From the NCBI GenBank assembly GCA_023334545.1, contig JAADVB010000057.1, positions 20,910 to 84,909 on the forward strand: DNA of 64,000 bases, in the 5' to 3' direction. Position numbers and translations under genes: made by a program. Position 1 is the first letter of the stretch. The number at the start of each line of letters is the position of its first letter. Below are positions 1-11,195 of this stretch, in pieces. The notes beneath the pieces are model-generated. The model ran no database searches, was not told the DNA's origin, and saw only the letters and a list, made by a program, of their open reading frames with translations. The stretch is from Salisapilia sapeloensis CBS 127946 (Eukaryota > Protista > Oomycota).

Positions 1-68
1 TCTCGAGTCCATTTCCATATCCGAACGACTTCTCTAATCCATATCTTGTCCAGACGTACCAAGCAGTC

Positions 69-755
69 ATGGCAGATGACTTGATGCGCATGTTCCAGAG
101 CATTACCACGACGGACCATGATGAGTTGATCGACCAATTCGCCCATTTACTGCAAACGGACGTGAACACTGCCAACTTTTTCCTCGAATCGTCCAACTGG
201 AACGTCGAACTCGCGGTCAACAACTACCTCGCCATGGCTGCCAACCCTCCTGCACAGCACTCGCCTGCCAGTATGCAGGACAGTGATGCTGCCATGGACG
301 ACTCGGATGACGCAGTGGATCCGTCGCAGGTCATGGACCCCGAAGCAAAGTTTGTCAGCGACTTATCCCAGTCTCAGAACATTGTCTTTGCGCCACAATC
401 CGTCGTTAACATGCAGTGGACGTTCGTAAACAGCGGACCCATCCCATGGCCAGCAGAAACGGCGCTCGTGTTTTCCAATGGAGAGCAGTTCAACGGTCCG
501 GAGCGCATCGAACTGAAGAGCGCTGCGCCGGGGGAAAGGATAGACATCCAAGTATCTCTCCAGATGCCGTCCGAGGTCGGGTCGTACGCCGGCAGCTGGC
601 GATTAAAGTATGCAGACGGTTTCTTTGGTGACGCGGTGTGGGCTATTTTAAACGTTGGTCAGAACCAAGACGGACGGGAAATGGCGGGTGGGAAGAACCC
701 GCAGACGAACGTGTTTGACGGTCGAGGGAACGAGGTGGAAGACATGGATATCTAG
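69..755 (+). CDS. ILRUN: ILRUN/C6orf106-like protein (N-terminal UBA-like domain + NBR1 FW domain)
   Basis: 228-aa ORF. N-terminus SITTTDHDELIDQF...ANFFLESSNWNVELAVNNY matches the C6orf106 UBA-like pattern. WTFVNSGPIPWP...GSYAGSWRL...FFGDAVWAILNV is an NBR1-like FW domain. Confidence 0.85.
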   Translation: MADDLMRMFQSITTTDHDELIDQFAHLLQTDVNTANFFLESSNWNVELAVNNYLAMAANPPAQHSPASMQDSDAAMDDSDDAVDPSQVMDPEAKFVSDLSQSQNIVFAPQSVVNMQWTFVNSGPIPWPAETALVFSNGEQFNGPERIELKSAAPGERIDIQVSLQMPSEVGSYAGSWRLKYADGFFGDAVWAILNVGQNQDGREMAGGKNPQTNVFDGRGNEVEDMDI

Positions 756-855
756 ACCTGCTCGCATGAACTGCCGCCTCGTATCTATCCTACGTCTGAG
801 TTGAAAGACAAATACGAAATTGTTCCATTCAGAATATATTGTAGCATGCGTGGCA

Positions 856-1497
856 CTAGTAAAAGAGTTGGTAGTAGGGAGCTGGAGGAGCCTCCAGCAT
901 GACTGGGCACGTGTCCAGCTCTGGCGTTTCGAATAGACGCATGATTGATGCCAAGTACGTTTCCTTTGGTAGCTCTCGCATGCATGTCTGGAGGCTTGGA
1001 TGCATTTCAATGTGGCCGAGACGACGCACGATGTTGTAGGCTTGGATTGGTGTGTTGGGCGAGAGGACTCCGTCTGCAGACAGGCCTCCGCCGACTTGGG
1101 CGAGGAACTCGGTTGTATCGCGAATGAGCTGGTGTGTAGAAACTTCGCCACGCTTTTCGGACAGCCATCCAGGCATCTCTAGCTCGGATTTATTCAAAAC
1201 ATCCACGAGCTTGTGCACGTTGTTGTGGTCCCACATGAAGACCAGTCCGGATAGCACGCCCTCAAACTCCATTTCCTAGGCACGATATTAGATCTAGTGT
1301 ATGTATGATGAATAGATGACGTACGTGTTTGAAGGGACAGTGGGAGAACGTTGCATCAGTGTCGGGGATAATCCGTCTGTTCACCATTCTTGTGCGGTGG
1401 AAAAAGAAATTAGCACTGGCATGCTCCTCTCGAAGAAGCAGCGTGGGTCTCCAACGACCGGATGTAGGTCGAAAGTGCGCTACGTTGTGATAGGGAC
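856..1497 (-). CDS. Hypothetical protein, spliced; 5' end unresolved
   Basis: 138-aa ORF 856-1272 joins in frame across a GT-AG intron (1276-1324) to an upstream open exon (1325-1497; ...FSHCPFKH|EMEFEG...). No family recognised. The start lies further upstream. Confidence 0.5.
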
Positions 1498-2262
1498 CTA
1501 GGATCGAAACTGGCAGGGTTCATGGAACACCGGGCGAACTGCTCTATTCACTGACGACCTGGATGACTGTGGGAGCATGGACCAGACGCATTCGATGACT
1601 GCTTCAACGTTGTGATTGGATGATCTGGGGTTGAAAGACAGGGATGTGGTAGGCGCGGCATGCGTGTCGAGTTTAAAAGAGTGGGATCATGCCGTCGACG
1701 GAAAGGTTGCTACGTGAAAAACTACTTTGGATCTTCATGAGGTGCTGAAGCCATTTCAACACGTACGCCGTATCAAGTGGCACGCGTGAGGTACGATCCG
1801 AGTACGCTACCAGCATCCGTCCTCCAGCTAAGCTAAGCTACAAGTCATGTAAAAGCTTCAATCTATCCGTGCCAAAGCTTCAATCAATCGTAGAGGATGG
1901 ACAATTCTCAACCAGTCAGTTGAACCATCCGAGCTGGATACTATCCCACTCTTAGCGAAAAATAATCAGATGCGATTGAGAACACGACACGAACGTCTAT
2001 CTTTCGACCGAGCACTCCAGGACTTGTGCTCGAGCACGCATCACCCACTACGATGTGAATGCGAAATCCGGCTACCTCGGTGCTGCGTCCACGAGAATTG
2101 TAGGATAAAGTCGTCGCCTGACGGGATGTCGACGCCCCACGTGATTGGTGGGTTCGGCTGGCGTATGTTTGGACGACCAGAGCGTGCACTTGGTACGGCA
2201 CGAAGCAGTCTTGACGTCAGACACGGATTTGCCTTGTTCCACCAACTACCTGAACTCCAAGT

Positions 2263-3404
2263 ATGCAAGCAGCCTGTAAGCTCCTCCGTAAGAACACGTC
2301 CTTCGCCACGACGCAATGCCGTCGCTTTGCATCGTCTTCCTATGCCGGTGGGTTCGATGTCTTCAAGGAAAGCCGGATTCTAGTTACTGGCGGTACCGGG
2401 CAAATAGGTACGCTTCCATTGGAATCTCAAATATGGTGCTATCATTGCTAACATGAACTATCTTAGGTATGGAACTGGTGCCATATCTGAGGGAAACATT
2501 TGGCGCTGACTCGGTCATTACGTCCGACATCAAGGCCGTCGCGACGAAGAATAATGAGAGACAGTCCTTCGTCTACTGCGACGTGCAGAACCGAGACTCG
2601 CTGGCTCGCGTCGTGCTCGAGAATGGCGTTGACACGATCGTCCACCTCGCCTCTCTCTTGTCTGCCATCGGCGAGAAGAACCCGGAGCTTGCGCTTCGAG
2701 TCAACGCTCGTGGCATCGAAAACGTCTTGGAGGTAGCCAAGAACAACAACTTGCGCGTCTTCGCTCCGTCGACGATTGCAGTCTTTGGCCCGTCCACGCC
2801 GAACGTCCAGACGCCGGACGACACGATCATGCGGCCGACAACTGTCTACGGCATCACCAAGGTGCATCTCGAGCTGCTGGGCGAGTACTACCACAACAAG
2901 TTCGGCGTCGACTTCCGATCGCTACGGTACCCCGGCATCATCTCGTCCGAGGCTTGGCCTGGCGGAGGAACCACTGACTACGCGGTCGAGATCTTCTACG
3001 ACGCACTACGGTATGGCAAGTACACGTGCTTCCTCAAGCCGGACACACGGCTGCCAATGATGTACATGCCAGACTGTCTGCAGGCGTCTCTGCAGCTGAT
3101 GCAGGCCGACAGCAAGTCGTTGAACCGACGCACGTACAACGTCACGGCCGTGAGCTTCACGCCGGAGGAGATGGCGGCGTCGATCAAGAAGTTCATTCCG
3201 AGCTTTGAGATGCACTACGCCCCAGACTTTAGAGACGAGATCGCCCAAACCTGGCCGCAGAGTCTGGATGACTCAAATGCTCGGCAGGACTGGGGCTGGC
3301 AAGAGCAGTTCAGCCTGGACGAAATGGTCGGCGACATGTTAGAGACGCTGGAGAAGAAGTTGCAGCGCATGGGCGAGCTCCCGGCGACTAGCAAGCAGGC
3401 ATAG
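2263..3404 (+). CDS. TDH: Mitochondrial L-threonine 3-dehydrogenase (SDR/epimerase family)
   Basis: Transit-peptide-like N-terminus and Rossmann motif [11 protein letters not shown], split by intron 2408-2466. YGITK (YxxxK), LRYPGIIS and [12 protein letters not shown] are characteristic of TDH. Confidence 0.9.
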
Positions 3405-3647
3405 AGAACTTTTCTACTTAATATAGAGTGATTCTTGAATAGCAACTGGTCTCGTGTTATTCTCTAAGGTATTCGTATTCTTCCTACTCCTAGAGGTTCT
3501 TATCTCCATCCCATCCATCATCGGATGCAAGTCAACATCTAGCTACAGATCAAGTGGGAGTTTATACTTGATGCAAACTACAGCAGTCATGATAATAGAG
3601 CACCAACTAGTTTATGTATATAATTTCTCTACTACTAACATGTATAA

Positions 3648-3719
3648 GGTCTTATGGTGTAATGGTTAGCACTCTGGACTCTGAATCCAGCGATCCGGGT
3701 TCAAATCCCGGTAGGACCT
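3648..3719 (+). tRNA. trnQ-CUG: tRNA-Gln (anticodon CTG)
   Basis: Cloverleaf with acceptor stem GGTCTTA/TAGGACC, anticodon arm CTGGA-CTCTGAA-TCCAG and T-loop GGTTCAAATCC. A T5 Pol III terminator follows at 3721. Confidence 0.95.
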
Positions 3720-4007
3720 CTTTTTCGCCTTTTGTCGAAATGGTAGTCTGACACCTTTTTGTTCTATGCCGACTACTTCCTTTCGAAGCAGCGAATGGAC
3801 ATTGGATTAGACAAGGATGTTCGCTCATCCAGCTAGATAAAAATGTAGACGAGTACATGCTAGCGGTCGATGGCAATACTAGCTAGACATAGAGATTCAT
3901 CGTGAACCGAGAAGAGATTGGTATGTAAAACAGAGTTTCTTGTATTAGAACCCTCAAAAAGGTCGATGCGTTAAAGTATGGAAAAATGCGTAAAACGCCT
4001 CCGGCAT

Positions 4008-5831
4008 CTAGTTGACAGTCTCGGCGTTGACGATCTGCTCGTAGACATCATCGCTCATGGAGTTCTTGGAAAAGTCCCAGCTGTCAGCGGCCACCTCGGC
4101 GATGCGGATCATACCGTCGTTCTGCTCCGAGTCCATGGCCACAATGTACACCGTCGGCTCGTCCTTCGGTCGAGGAGCAAAGTTGTCTCCGCCAGGCGCC
4201 AACGAGTCTTCGTCACCGTTGTAGAAGTAGTAGTGCGTCGAAACATCCGAACGGTCTTCGTTCGTCTCAATGACCTCCGCGACGTCGAGCTCACCGCAGC
4301 CACCCTTGGGACCCATGCCACGGCAGTTGCATCCGTACTGGTTCGAGTGCACGACCTGGGCGTTGAGCATCCACATCGCCGGCTGGTTCGGAGAAGAGCC
4401 CGAGTCCGGCATCTGGACCTTGGACACAAAGATCTTACGCTCACCACCCCATCCATGGTAGTCGTTGTCACCAAAGTAGCCTTCGCACTTATCGTCCTGG
4501 GTGCACGGTCGGTCCTGGAGGACGTTGATCTCGACGCCAGTCGACACATCCGGGCCACCGGACCTGTTGTTCGGGTCGGACGCTTCGTCGAGCTCACCGC
4601 CAAAGCACTCTGGCTCCTCCGCCTTGTTCTTGCCGTCGGAAGTGGCAAATCCCTGGGGTCCATGGGTGGTCGTTCTCGAAAAGTCAATGTTCTTGTTGTT
4701 CATAAAGACAAGGTTGTTCGTCTCGCCCGAGTCCTTGCAGTAAGACGACACCTTCTGCCAGCCGTTGCCTTCATTCGTGTACACAGCAAAGTCCGTAAAG
4801 TCCATCGGACCTCGGTATACCATCGTCACTTCCTCCGACATCGGACCAATGTTGCTCGTCACCTGCTTGGGCTGGGTGGCGCACCCTTGTAAGGACGTCA
4901 CCTGGTTGTATGATCCAGGCATGTTGCCAGCGTACTTGCCCTCGTACTTGAAGACGTTCTTAAACTCAAGCTGGCCAGAGAACGCCGGGCCGCTGCCTCC
5001 GCCTCCTTGACTCTCAGTAGAGGCTAGCGGAGCAGGCTTGTCAGAGTTACCAGAACCGGCAGGTGCAGGCGCCTCTGCGCCGTAGTTACCAGTCGCAGAA
5101 GGTTCCGAGGAAGCCGAAGGAGCGTCAGCGGGAGCTTCCGATGGAGCCTGGGATGGAGCTCCAGTCGGGGCTCCAGTCGGGGCTGCTGTCGGAGCTGCCG
5201 TCGGGGCTCCAGTTGGGGCTTGAGTTGGTGCCGGCGTCGAGGCCGACGCTGAACCGCCGTCGCCACTTTGGCCGTCATTGACATTGCCGGCGCTGTACGA
5301 GCCGCTGTCGCCGCCAGGGCAGAATGTGACATCGAATCCGGTGGTGTCAGGGCACGTGTGGGTCTTGGTGTCATCCTTCGGGAACAAGTAGGCATCCGCG
5401 CAACCGAGCGGGTCGTTCGCCGCGCAGTTCAGGTGCTTACACCTCTTACCGTCCGGCTTCGATGGCGTGATGGCCACAGGGCGGTTGAAACCCACTCTGC
5501 CAGTGGCGGCCTTGCAGTCTTCCCAGCTAGAGCACCAACCAGGCATAGGAGGAATGATACTGATGTCATACCAGGCTGCGCCACCCTGGATGGAAAGTTC
5601 GGCCAAAGTGGCCTGTGGGTCTTTGCCGTCACGGTAAACATGCGCCGGGCCTTCGACCTGCTCGGTTTGGGTACCACCGGGGTTGATTGTACCGACGCAT
5701 TCCGCCGCGGATCCGGATTGAGAGTGGTACAGCTCGACGTCGTTCGTGCACTTGTTGATGAAGTTCACTTGAACAGCCTGTGCCGAGGCGAGAGAGGCGA
5801 GTGCCGCAATCGGGAGCGTAACTTTGACCAT
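4008..5831 (-). CDS. Secreted protein: thaumatin-like domain + P/T/A/S linker + TOS1/PGA52-like (GH16-related) glycoside hydrolase domain
   Basis: Signal peptide. Thaumatin motifs VNFINKC, WYDISII, GFNRPVAITP and CADAYLFPKDD. TOS1-like motifs QPAMWMLNAQVV and CNC...GCGELDVAEV (ExDxxE). Confidence 0.8.
   Translation of the reverse strand: MVKVTLPIAALASLASAQAVQVNFINKCTNDVELYHSQSGSAAECVGTINPGGTQTEQVEGPAHVYRDGKDPQATLAELSIQGGAAWYDISIIPPMPGWCSSWEDCKAATGRVGFNRPVAITPSKPDGKRCKHLNCAANDPLGCADAYLFPKDDTKTHTCPDTTGFDVTFCPGGDSGSYSAGNVNDGQSGDGGSASASTPAPTQAPTGAPTAAPTAAPTGAPTGAPSQAPSEAPADAPSASSEPSATGNYGAEAPAPAGSGNSDKPAPLASTESQGGGGSGPAFSGQLEFKNVFKYEGKYAGNMPGSYNQVTSLQGCATQPKQVTSNIGPMSEEVTMVYRGPMDFTDFAVYTNEGNGWQKVSSYCKDSGETNNLVFMNNKNIDFSRTTTHGPQGFATSDGKNKAEEPECFGGELDEASDPNNRSGGPDVSTGVEINVLQDRPCTQDDKCEGYFGDNDYHGWGGERKIFVSKVQMPDSGSSPNQPAMWMLNAQVVHSNQYGCNCRGMGPKGGCGELDVAEVIETNEDRSDVSTHYYFYNGDEDSLAPGGDNFAPRPKDEPTVYIVAMDSEQNDGMIRIAEVAADSWDFSKNSMSDDVYEQIVNAETVN
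5132..5230 (-). repeat. 12-bp-period coding tandem repeat (APT[G/A/Q] mucin-like linker)
   Basis: About 8 imperfect copies encoding APTQAPTGAPTAAPTAAPTGAPTGAPSQAPSE. Confidence 0.85.
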
Positions 5832-5859
5832 TGCTATCTAGTGGAGTGTGCAGTGGTCT

Positions 5860-5875
5860 GCGAATTGAAAAGTGA
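5860..5875 (-). promoter_or_regulatory. Oomycete INR+FPR core promoter element
   Basis: Minus strand reads TCACTTTTCAATTCGC, fitting TCAYTYBNNNWTTY. It lies about 30-45 nt upstream of the ATG at 5831. Confidence 0.6.
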
Positions 5876-8800
5876 GAGACAAGCTGACGGGTCCGTCTAG
5901 TCGTTGGGTGAGGGCGGAGATTTCTACGAGGTGCGTGCCTGTCGTCGAGACAACAACGAAGGACTTTCATCGCGCAAGATCCAATAGAAACCCTCTGTCG
6001 ATCGAAGGCTAGGCGATCCGGCCGAGCGTTAGTTCGGTCCAGTAGACAGTGTCTATTCAGAGCTTCTTCCGCAAGCACAAGGACATAGATCCTGGCAAGA
6101 GACACGAAGATCGTATAGGATAGATGCAGATTGTGGGTGGTAGTCTGTCGTGACAAATAGACCTGATGCCAATGTCCAGAGCTACTTCGCAGTCAGCTCA
6201 CGGCAAAAGCTGACGCAAGGATGCCAGCTCGGCTTCCGATCTGGTTCACCAACACAGGTTCACTCGGTTATTCTAAGCGGCGATCCGACGAAGTGGTCGG
6301 AGCGAAGGTGAAGCCATCCCAGATCTATCGGCTGTTAAACTTGCGTTCGTTATGCGTGTCTAATTGCGCCTACAACGTAACGACCATCGGAGAGATGGCT
6401 TCGTTTCGCCTGTGCTGATGAGAGTTGAGGTAGAGAAAAGAAACCTCCTTCCATCTAGAAATTTATGCTCTAGCAGACGTGTTCTATCATCGATGAATTA
6501 TACCTTCTTTAAAATCAAGTCAATCTTTACAATCTAAAGCTGCTTTCGAAGTGGAAGAATGGATCAGCCACGTGCAAAACATTTTCGATAGAACATCCAC
6601 CAAGATGACATGATCGAAATTTCTACCTGTAGATTTTGCGATTTAAACAGGGCGTGTAGAGGAGTGTCGCGTACCGGAGACGACCGAATATCTTTTTTAT
6701 CGTTTGAACCGACTTGGACCAACCGTAGGGAGTCGACATTTCGGCGGTTTTCATGGTAACCTGGAAGACACTTTTCAATCATCCTAGTTGATGCTTCAAG
6801 CGGTCCTTGCCGCACAGATTAGTCGGACATGCACGAAAGGTCACGCTGCATTTTTCGCATTTCGTTCAAGGCGATCGACGATAAATGCCCCACACATCTA
6901 GATGTGGTGGTGCGATCGTCTATCTATAAGCTTTTACATGCTGCGCCAATACACCTCAAAAGCCATTGTCTAGCTCGTGTACACCGTAAGGTATTGCCTA
7001 CGGATAAATAGATGTTAAAGGTCATCATACAAGTTCTTGTACCTGAATGAAGCGTGAAAGTATATTAAAATGCACGCGGAAACTATATTGCACCGCTTCG
7101 AATGACTCGAAAATTGTTGGTGCGTCATATCTCCTCATAATGGAACGGACAAGTGACAAACATGAACAGTTGCAACTATCTGAAGCGATCGTCGCTCCTC
7201 GAGAACTGGCCATAAGTGAGAAATACACTTCTGGGTGAGCGATATAGGTCGGGCGAATGAAAGAGATCAAACTGAAGATAGTGCTTGCATGCTTAGGGCT
7301 GATTGGGAAGCCAGATAGTAACATCGCGTCTGGCTCGCGTTCTGGTGCGATCCTCTCTGTTTTGGGGTATGCTCATTACGTGTCTTTGATTTGCACTACG
7401 ATCCTCTCTGTTCTGGCGATGTTTAATTCACCTGCACGACGTGGCAGTCAGATTTAGACGAAACGTCCATGCATGCTACAACCTATTATATGTGCTTGAA
7501 GTCCACGTTGGCTATCTTCGTCTACGCTGTCAAATGGAATCAGTCCCTGTCACAAAGCATCAAGGCGAGGTGGTTATCTGGCAAGGTAAAGGCGATTGTA
7601 CTTTGATGACATGACTCATGATTTGTTGACATGCATGCGTCAAGTGACGGCATACTTGATGCTTGATAGGATAGCACGACATTGATTGGCCAGCGAAGGC
7701 TGCAATGGCTATCATAGCAAAGGAATCGTGAAGTTCACTTGATTATGATGCTCGCATGTCTGCACTATTCTACTCTTCACTTAAAGCCGCAGGTTGAGGC
7801 AACTAGTACAGAGTCTCAAGGTACCTTGTAAGTCGTCATTTATATTTACATTTATCGCTCTTTGCCATACTTTTAAATGCCCAAATTTCGAGCTTTCTCC
7901 TTCATCTTGCGTGTTCTACCGGTTATGCAAGTCTACCATTTCTGCTTTCTACGATCACTACAATGATTAAACTTTCGTCGGTTTGAAAGCGACGTAAGCA
8001 AGCTCCAAAGTATTCATACATGCTGACGTAGTGAAAGTGGAAGCATTTGCAGAAAGCTGGGTGTTTGGAAACTCAAGCGTGATAAGGCCTTATATTGCAA
8101 CATGGATCAAGTCTACGTCTGAAGCAAATAAAGATCTTCAAAAGATGGTATCGCATCAATACTTCAAGCCATGGGCATATATTAAAGACTGATAAGTGAT
8201 CATGCATTTTGTAAAGCGCAAAAAAGCGCGCTATGAGGCATAGAGTTAAGCATCCTCTTCATGACGATGCCTGATATTGTATTTTGATGCGGCGGCAGCA
8301 CTGCATGAATTGCAGTCTTGACGTACCATTTTGCTAGATCGAATATGTAGTATGCTGCTGTCAGTTTCTACTGGAACTAGCGGTAGTTTCAAACGTAGAA
8401 AATCGATGGTTTTCATGAAGCTACTATTGACAGACTGAAAAGTGAACTAGTGGGACCGGCTGGACTGTCGAGCAGAATGCAGCGCTTAAAGGTACTATGA
8501 CGAAATGCCGTCGACATTGCGAATCAAGACAATCAATAAATGGTAGCAACTTTATACACAATGTAATCACTTAGATTGAGTGCAGATGTAGACGACCATA
8601 ACAAATGATGCGCACGATCGGTATGTGCAATGCATTAGATGACTCATTCGTTTCTCTGCATACATCAATCGACTTATTTCTACTCTTTCGTTCGTAGGCA
8701 ATTCTTCAGCTTGGAGCTTATTCGCTACCGTGAAAAGCATCCTGCTTTGACAGTCCAAGTGTAAAGCGACTTTACATGCATTTAGTCGGTCTCTTCACAT

Positions 8801-9094
8801 GCATCGAGGCCATTCATTTCACTTTCTGTTTAAAGTAAATCCCCACCTAGCTACAACGTTATTCCGTGCTTTGCATCAATGGTGACGGTGGTCACTTTTC
8901 ATTTTCAACGTGCCTACTCTCGCTACGTATCTCCAGGATCGTGCTTGGGTTATGTATACCACATCATATGCACCACAACGACCTTTTCAACCAATCGACG
9001 ACATATCAATTCAGATTTCAGCCAATCCAGACTCTTTAAGTCACTCGACAACAAAAGTCGCAACGAAAAAGCGGAACGCGAAAGCAGCTCCGAG

Positions 9095-9772
9095 ATGGAC
9101 TTTCAGAACCGCGTGGGCTCCAAGCCAGGCTCCGGAGGCGTCGCATCTGAAGCACAGGCCAATGCAGACCGCCGTGAAAGACTGCGGAAGCTAGCACTGG
9201 AAACAGTGGACCTCGCCAAGGACCCATACTTTATGAAAAATCACCTTGGGTCCTATGAATGTAAGCTCTGCTTGACGCTACACAACAACGAGGGCAACTA
9301 TCTAGCACATACACAGGGAAAACGTCATCAGACCAACTTGGCTCGTCGTGCTGCCAAGGATGCAGCCGATGCGTCGCACCAGTCGTCCATTCCACTGGCC
9401 CAGCTTCAGGCGCAGACGCAGCAAGCGCCCAAGACGAGATCTCTCAAGATCGGTCTCCCAGGCTACAAAGTGACCAAACAACGTGATCCGGACACTGGTG
9501 CTCATATTTTAATTTTCCAAATCGCGTACCCGAACGCCGAGCAACACATTCAGCCACGCCACCGGTTCATGTCTGCGTTCGAACAAAAGGTAGAAGCACC
9601 TGATCGTAATTTCCAGTACTTGCTAGTGGCATGTGCTCCGTACGAGACTGTCGCTTTCAAGATTCCGAACATCAAGATCGATCGTGGGGAAGGTAAGTTT
9701 TTTACGAATTGGGATAAAGAAGGCAAGAACTTTATGCTGCAACTACGCTTCTTGCCGGAAGCGACAGAATGA
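9095..9772 (+). CDS. SF3A2: Splicing factor 3A subunit 2 (SAP62/Prp11)
   Basis: MDFQNRVGSKPGSGG, RRERLRKLALET.DLAKDPYFMKNHLGSYECKLCLTLHNNEGNYLAHTQGKRHQ (zinc finger) and QPRHRFMSAFEQKVE. The true ATG is codon 73 of the track ORF. Confidence 0.96.
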   Translation: MDFQNRVGSKPGSGGVASEAQANADRRERLRKLALETVDLAKDPYFMKNHLGSYECKLCLTLHNNEGNYLAHTQGKRHQTNLARRAAKDAADASHQSSIPLAQLQAQTQQAPKTRSLKIGLPGYKVTKQRDPDTGAHILIFQIAYPNAEQHIQPRHRFMSAFEQKVEAPDRNFQYLLVACAPYETVAFKIPNIKIDRGEGKFFTNWDKEGKNFMLQLRFLPEATE

Positions 9773-9830
9773 AGAACGAATCACAATTGAAAAAGCTTGT
9801 TCATGTTTTTTTTCACTGAGACACTCATGC

Positions 9831-11195
9831 TTACATGGCCGGGAACTCGGTCACGAACTCGTGCGAGATGTCCGCCAAGTGGTCCACCACTTCGTACAAT
9901 CCACGCCAGAAGCCAGTCTCGTGGTAGCCGACGTTGTACTCTTTGCACAGGGACTTGATTAGCTTGTTCAGCTTGCCCAGGTTGTGGCGGGGAACCATCG
10001 GGAAGAGGTGATGGTCTACCTGATAGTTTAATCCGCCAGTGAACCAGTCGACGAGGAAGGACGACGAGATGTTCCTCGTCGTGTTCACCTGCAGCTGCCA
10101 AAAGTCTGGCTTGTTTTCCTGCTCGTACACGGCCATGCCGTTGTGTCCGAGGCTGAAGACGAGGGCAAGGAAGAGGCCACAGGACATCTGACTCAACAAA
10201 AAGTACGAGACTCCCTGCAGCACGGACATGCCGGTGAAGTACGGCACAGCAATGTTCCACCCGTAGTGAGCGAGCAACCCCGCCTTCTCCGCCCACGGGT
10301 GCTGCACATCATCGTACGGACCAAAGGAGAACTTTCGGAAGACGTAGAAGAAGGATTGCAGCAGCCAGCTCAAACGAGCCAGGAGGAGAAGAGGGAAGTA
10401 CAGCCACGCCTGGTGCTGAATGCAGAAGCGGCCCATGGCTGTGTCTTGCCCCTTTCGTGCCATCTCGATGCTCCAGGCCAACAGCGGCATCGTGTCAATG
10501 TCCGGGTCTCCCAGAAAGGTCGTGGTTTCACCCTTGACGTCGGACGCGTGGAGATTGGGCACCGCGTGGTGCGTGTTGTGCTTGTTTTTCCACCATTGAA
10601 CGCTAAATCCTTGCCACAAGTCACCAACGATGGCTCCGAGAAGATCGTTCGTGACGTGGTTCGGGCACACTTGATGGTGCAAAAAGTCGTGCGCGAGCCA
10701 TCCAGACTGTTGGTAGAAGAGTCCGAGGATCACTGCGCCAACCACGTAGTACGCAGTCGACTGCCCATAGGCGCAGACTGCGACGGAGGCGAGCCAGATG
10801 CCAAACGTACTGATGATTTTCCAGGCGTAGTACGTCATACTGGCGTCGTACAACCCCATGAGCTTGACTTGAGCTCGGAGCTTACGGTAGGCTCGGACCA
10901 GGTCGACGTCGGTGACGTCACTGTCGTCCGTGTCGTCATCGCTCTTGGCATTCGGGTCCAAGTCGCCAATGTAGAACTGCTTGAGCTCTGTGTACGCGGA
11001 GGTCGGGTGGAAGACGGCGAACGCGTCGGTGGCGTCCTCCCCGGCGTGCGTGAACAAGACGTTACCGCCTGGGTGTCCACGCCAGTCACTCAAGTCGTAG
11101 ACCTTGTTATTAATGACAAGCCAGGCATTTTCGGGTGTGTTGTGCTGTTTCACTTCGCGCCACGAGATGGCCTTGGGCGTCGGTGGAGCGACCAT
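9831..11195 (-). CDS. Front-end fatty acid desaturase with cytochrome b5 domain (likely delta-6)
   Basis: HPGG cytochrome b5 motif and histidine boxes HDFLHH, HNTHH and QVDHHLFP. Start taken at MVAPP. Confidence 0.92.
   Translation of the reverse strand: MVAPPTPKAISWREVKQHNTPENAWLVINNKVYDLSDWRGHPGGNVLFTHAGEDATDAFAVFHPTSAYTELKQFYIGDLDPNAKSDDDTDDSDVTDVDLVRAYRKLRAQVKLMGLYDASMTYYAWKIISTFGIWLASVAVCAYGQSTAYYVVGAVILGLFYQQSGWLAHDFLHHQVCPNHVTNDLLGAIVGDLWQGFSVQWWKNKHNTHHAVPNLHASDVKGETTTFLGDPDIDTMPLLAWSIEMARKGQDTAMGRFCIQHQAWLYFPLLLLARLSWLLQSFFYVFRKFSFGPYDDVQHPWAEKAGLLAHYGWNIAVPYFTGMSVLQGVSYFLLSQMSCGLFLALVFSLGHNGMAVYEQENKPDFWQLQVNTTRNISSSFLVDWFTGGLNYQVDHHLFPMVPRHNLGKLNKLIKSLCKEYNVGYHETGFWRGLYEVVDHLADISHEFVTEFPAM

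Noticed and set aside
3547-3556. AGATCAAGTG, resembling part of U2 snRNA
   Set aside because: It lacks the adjacent GTAGTA branch-recognition sequence and the 5' stem, so it is a chance match.
7348-7412. 14-bp direct repeat CGATCCTCTCTGTT (7348, 7399)
   Set aside because: Only two copies and no element structure. It is not a CRISPR array or a supported transposon end.
6200-8800. Exon-like fragments in gene-poor DNA (also 12600-13000, 17600-18100, 59030-59610)
   Set aside because: No consistent splice model or motif could be built by eye. RNA-seq would be needed.
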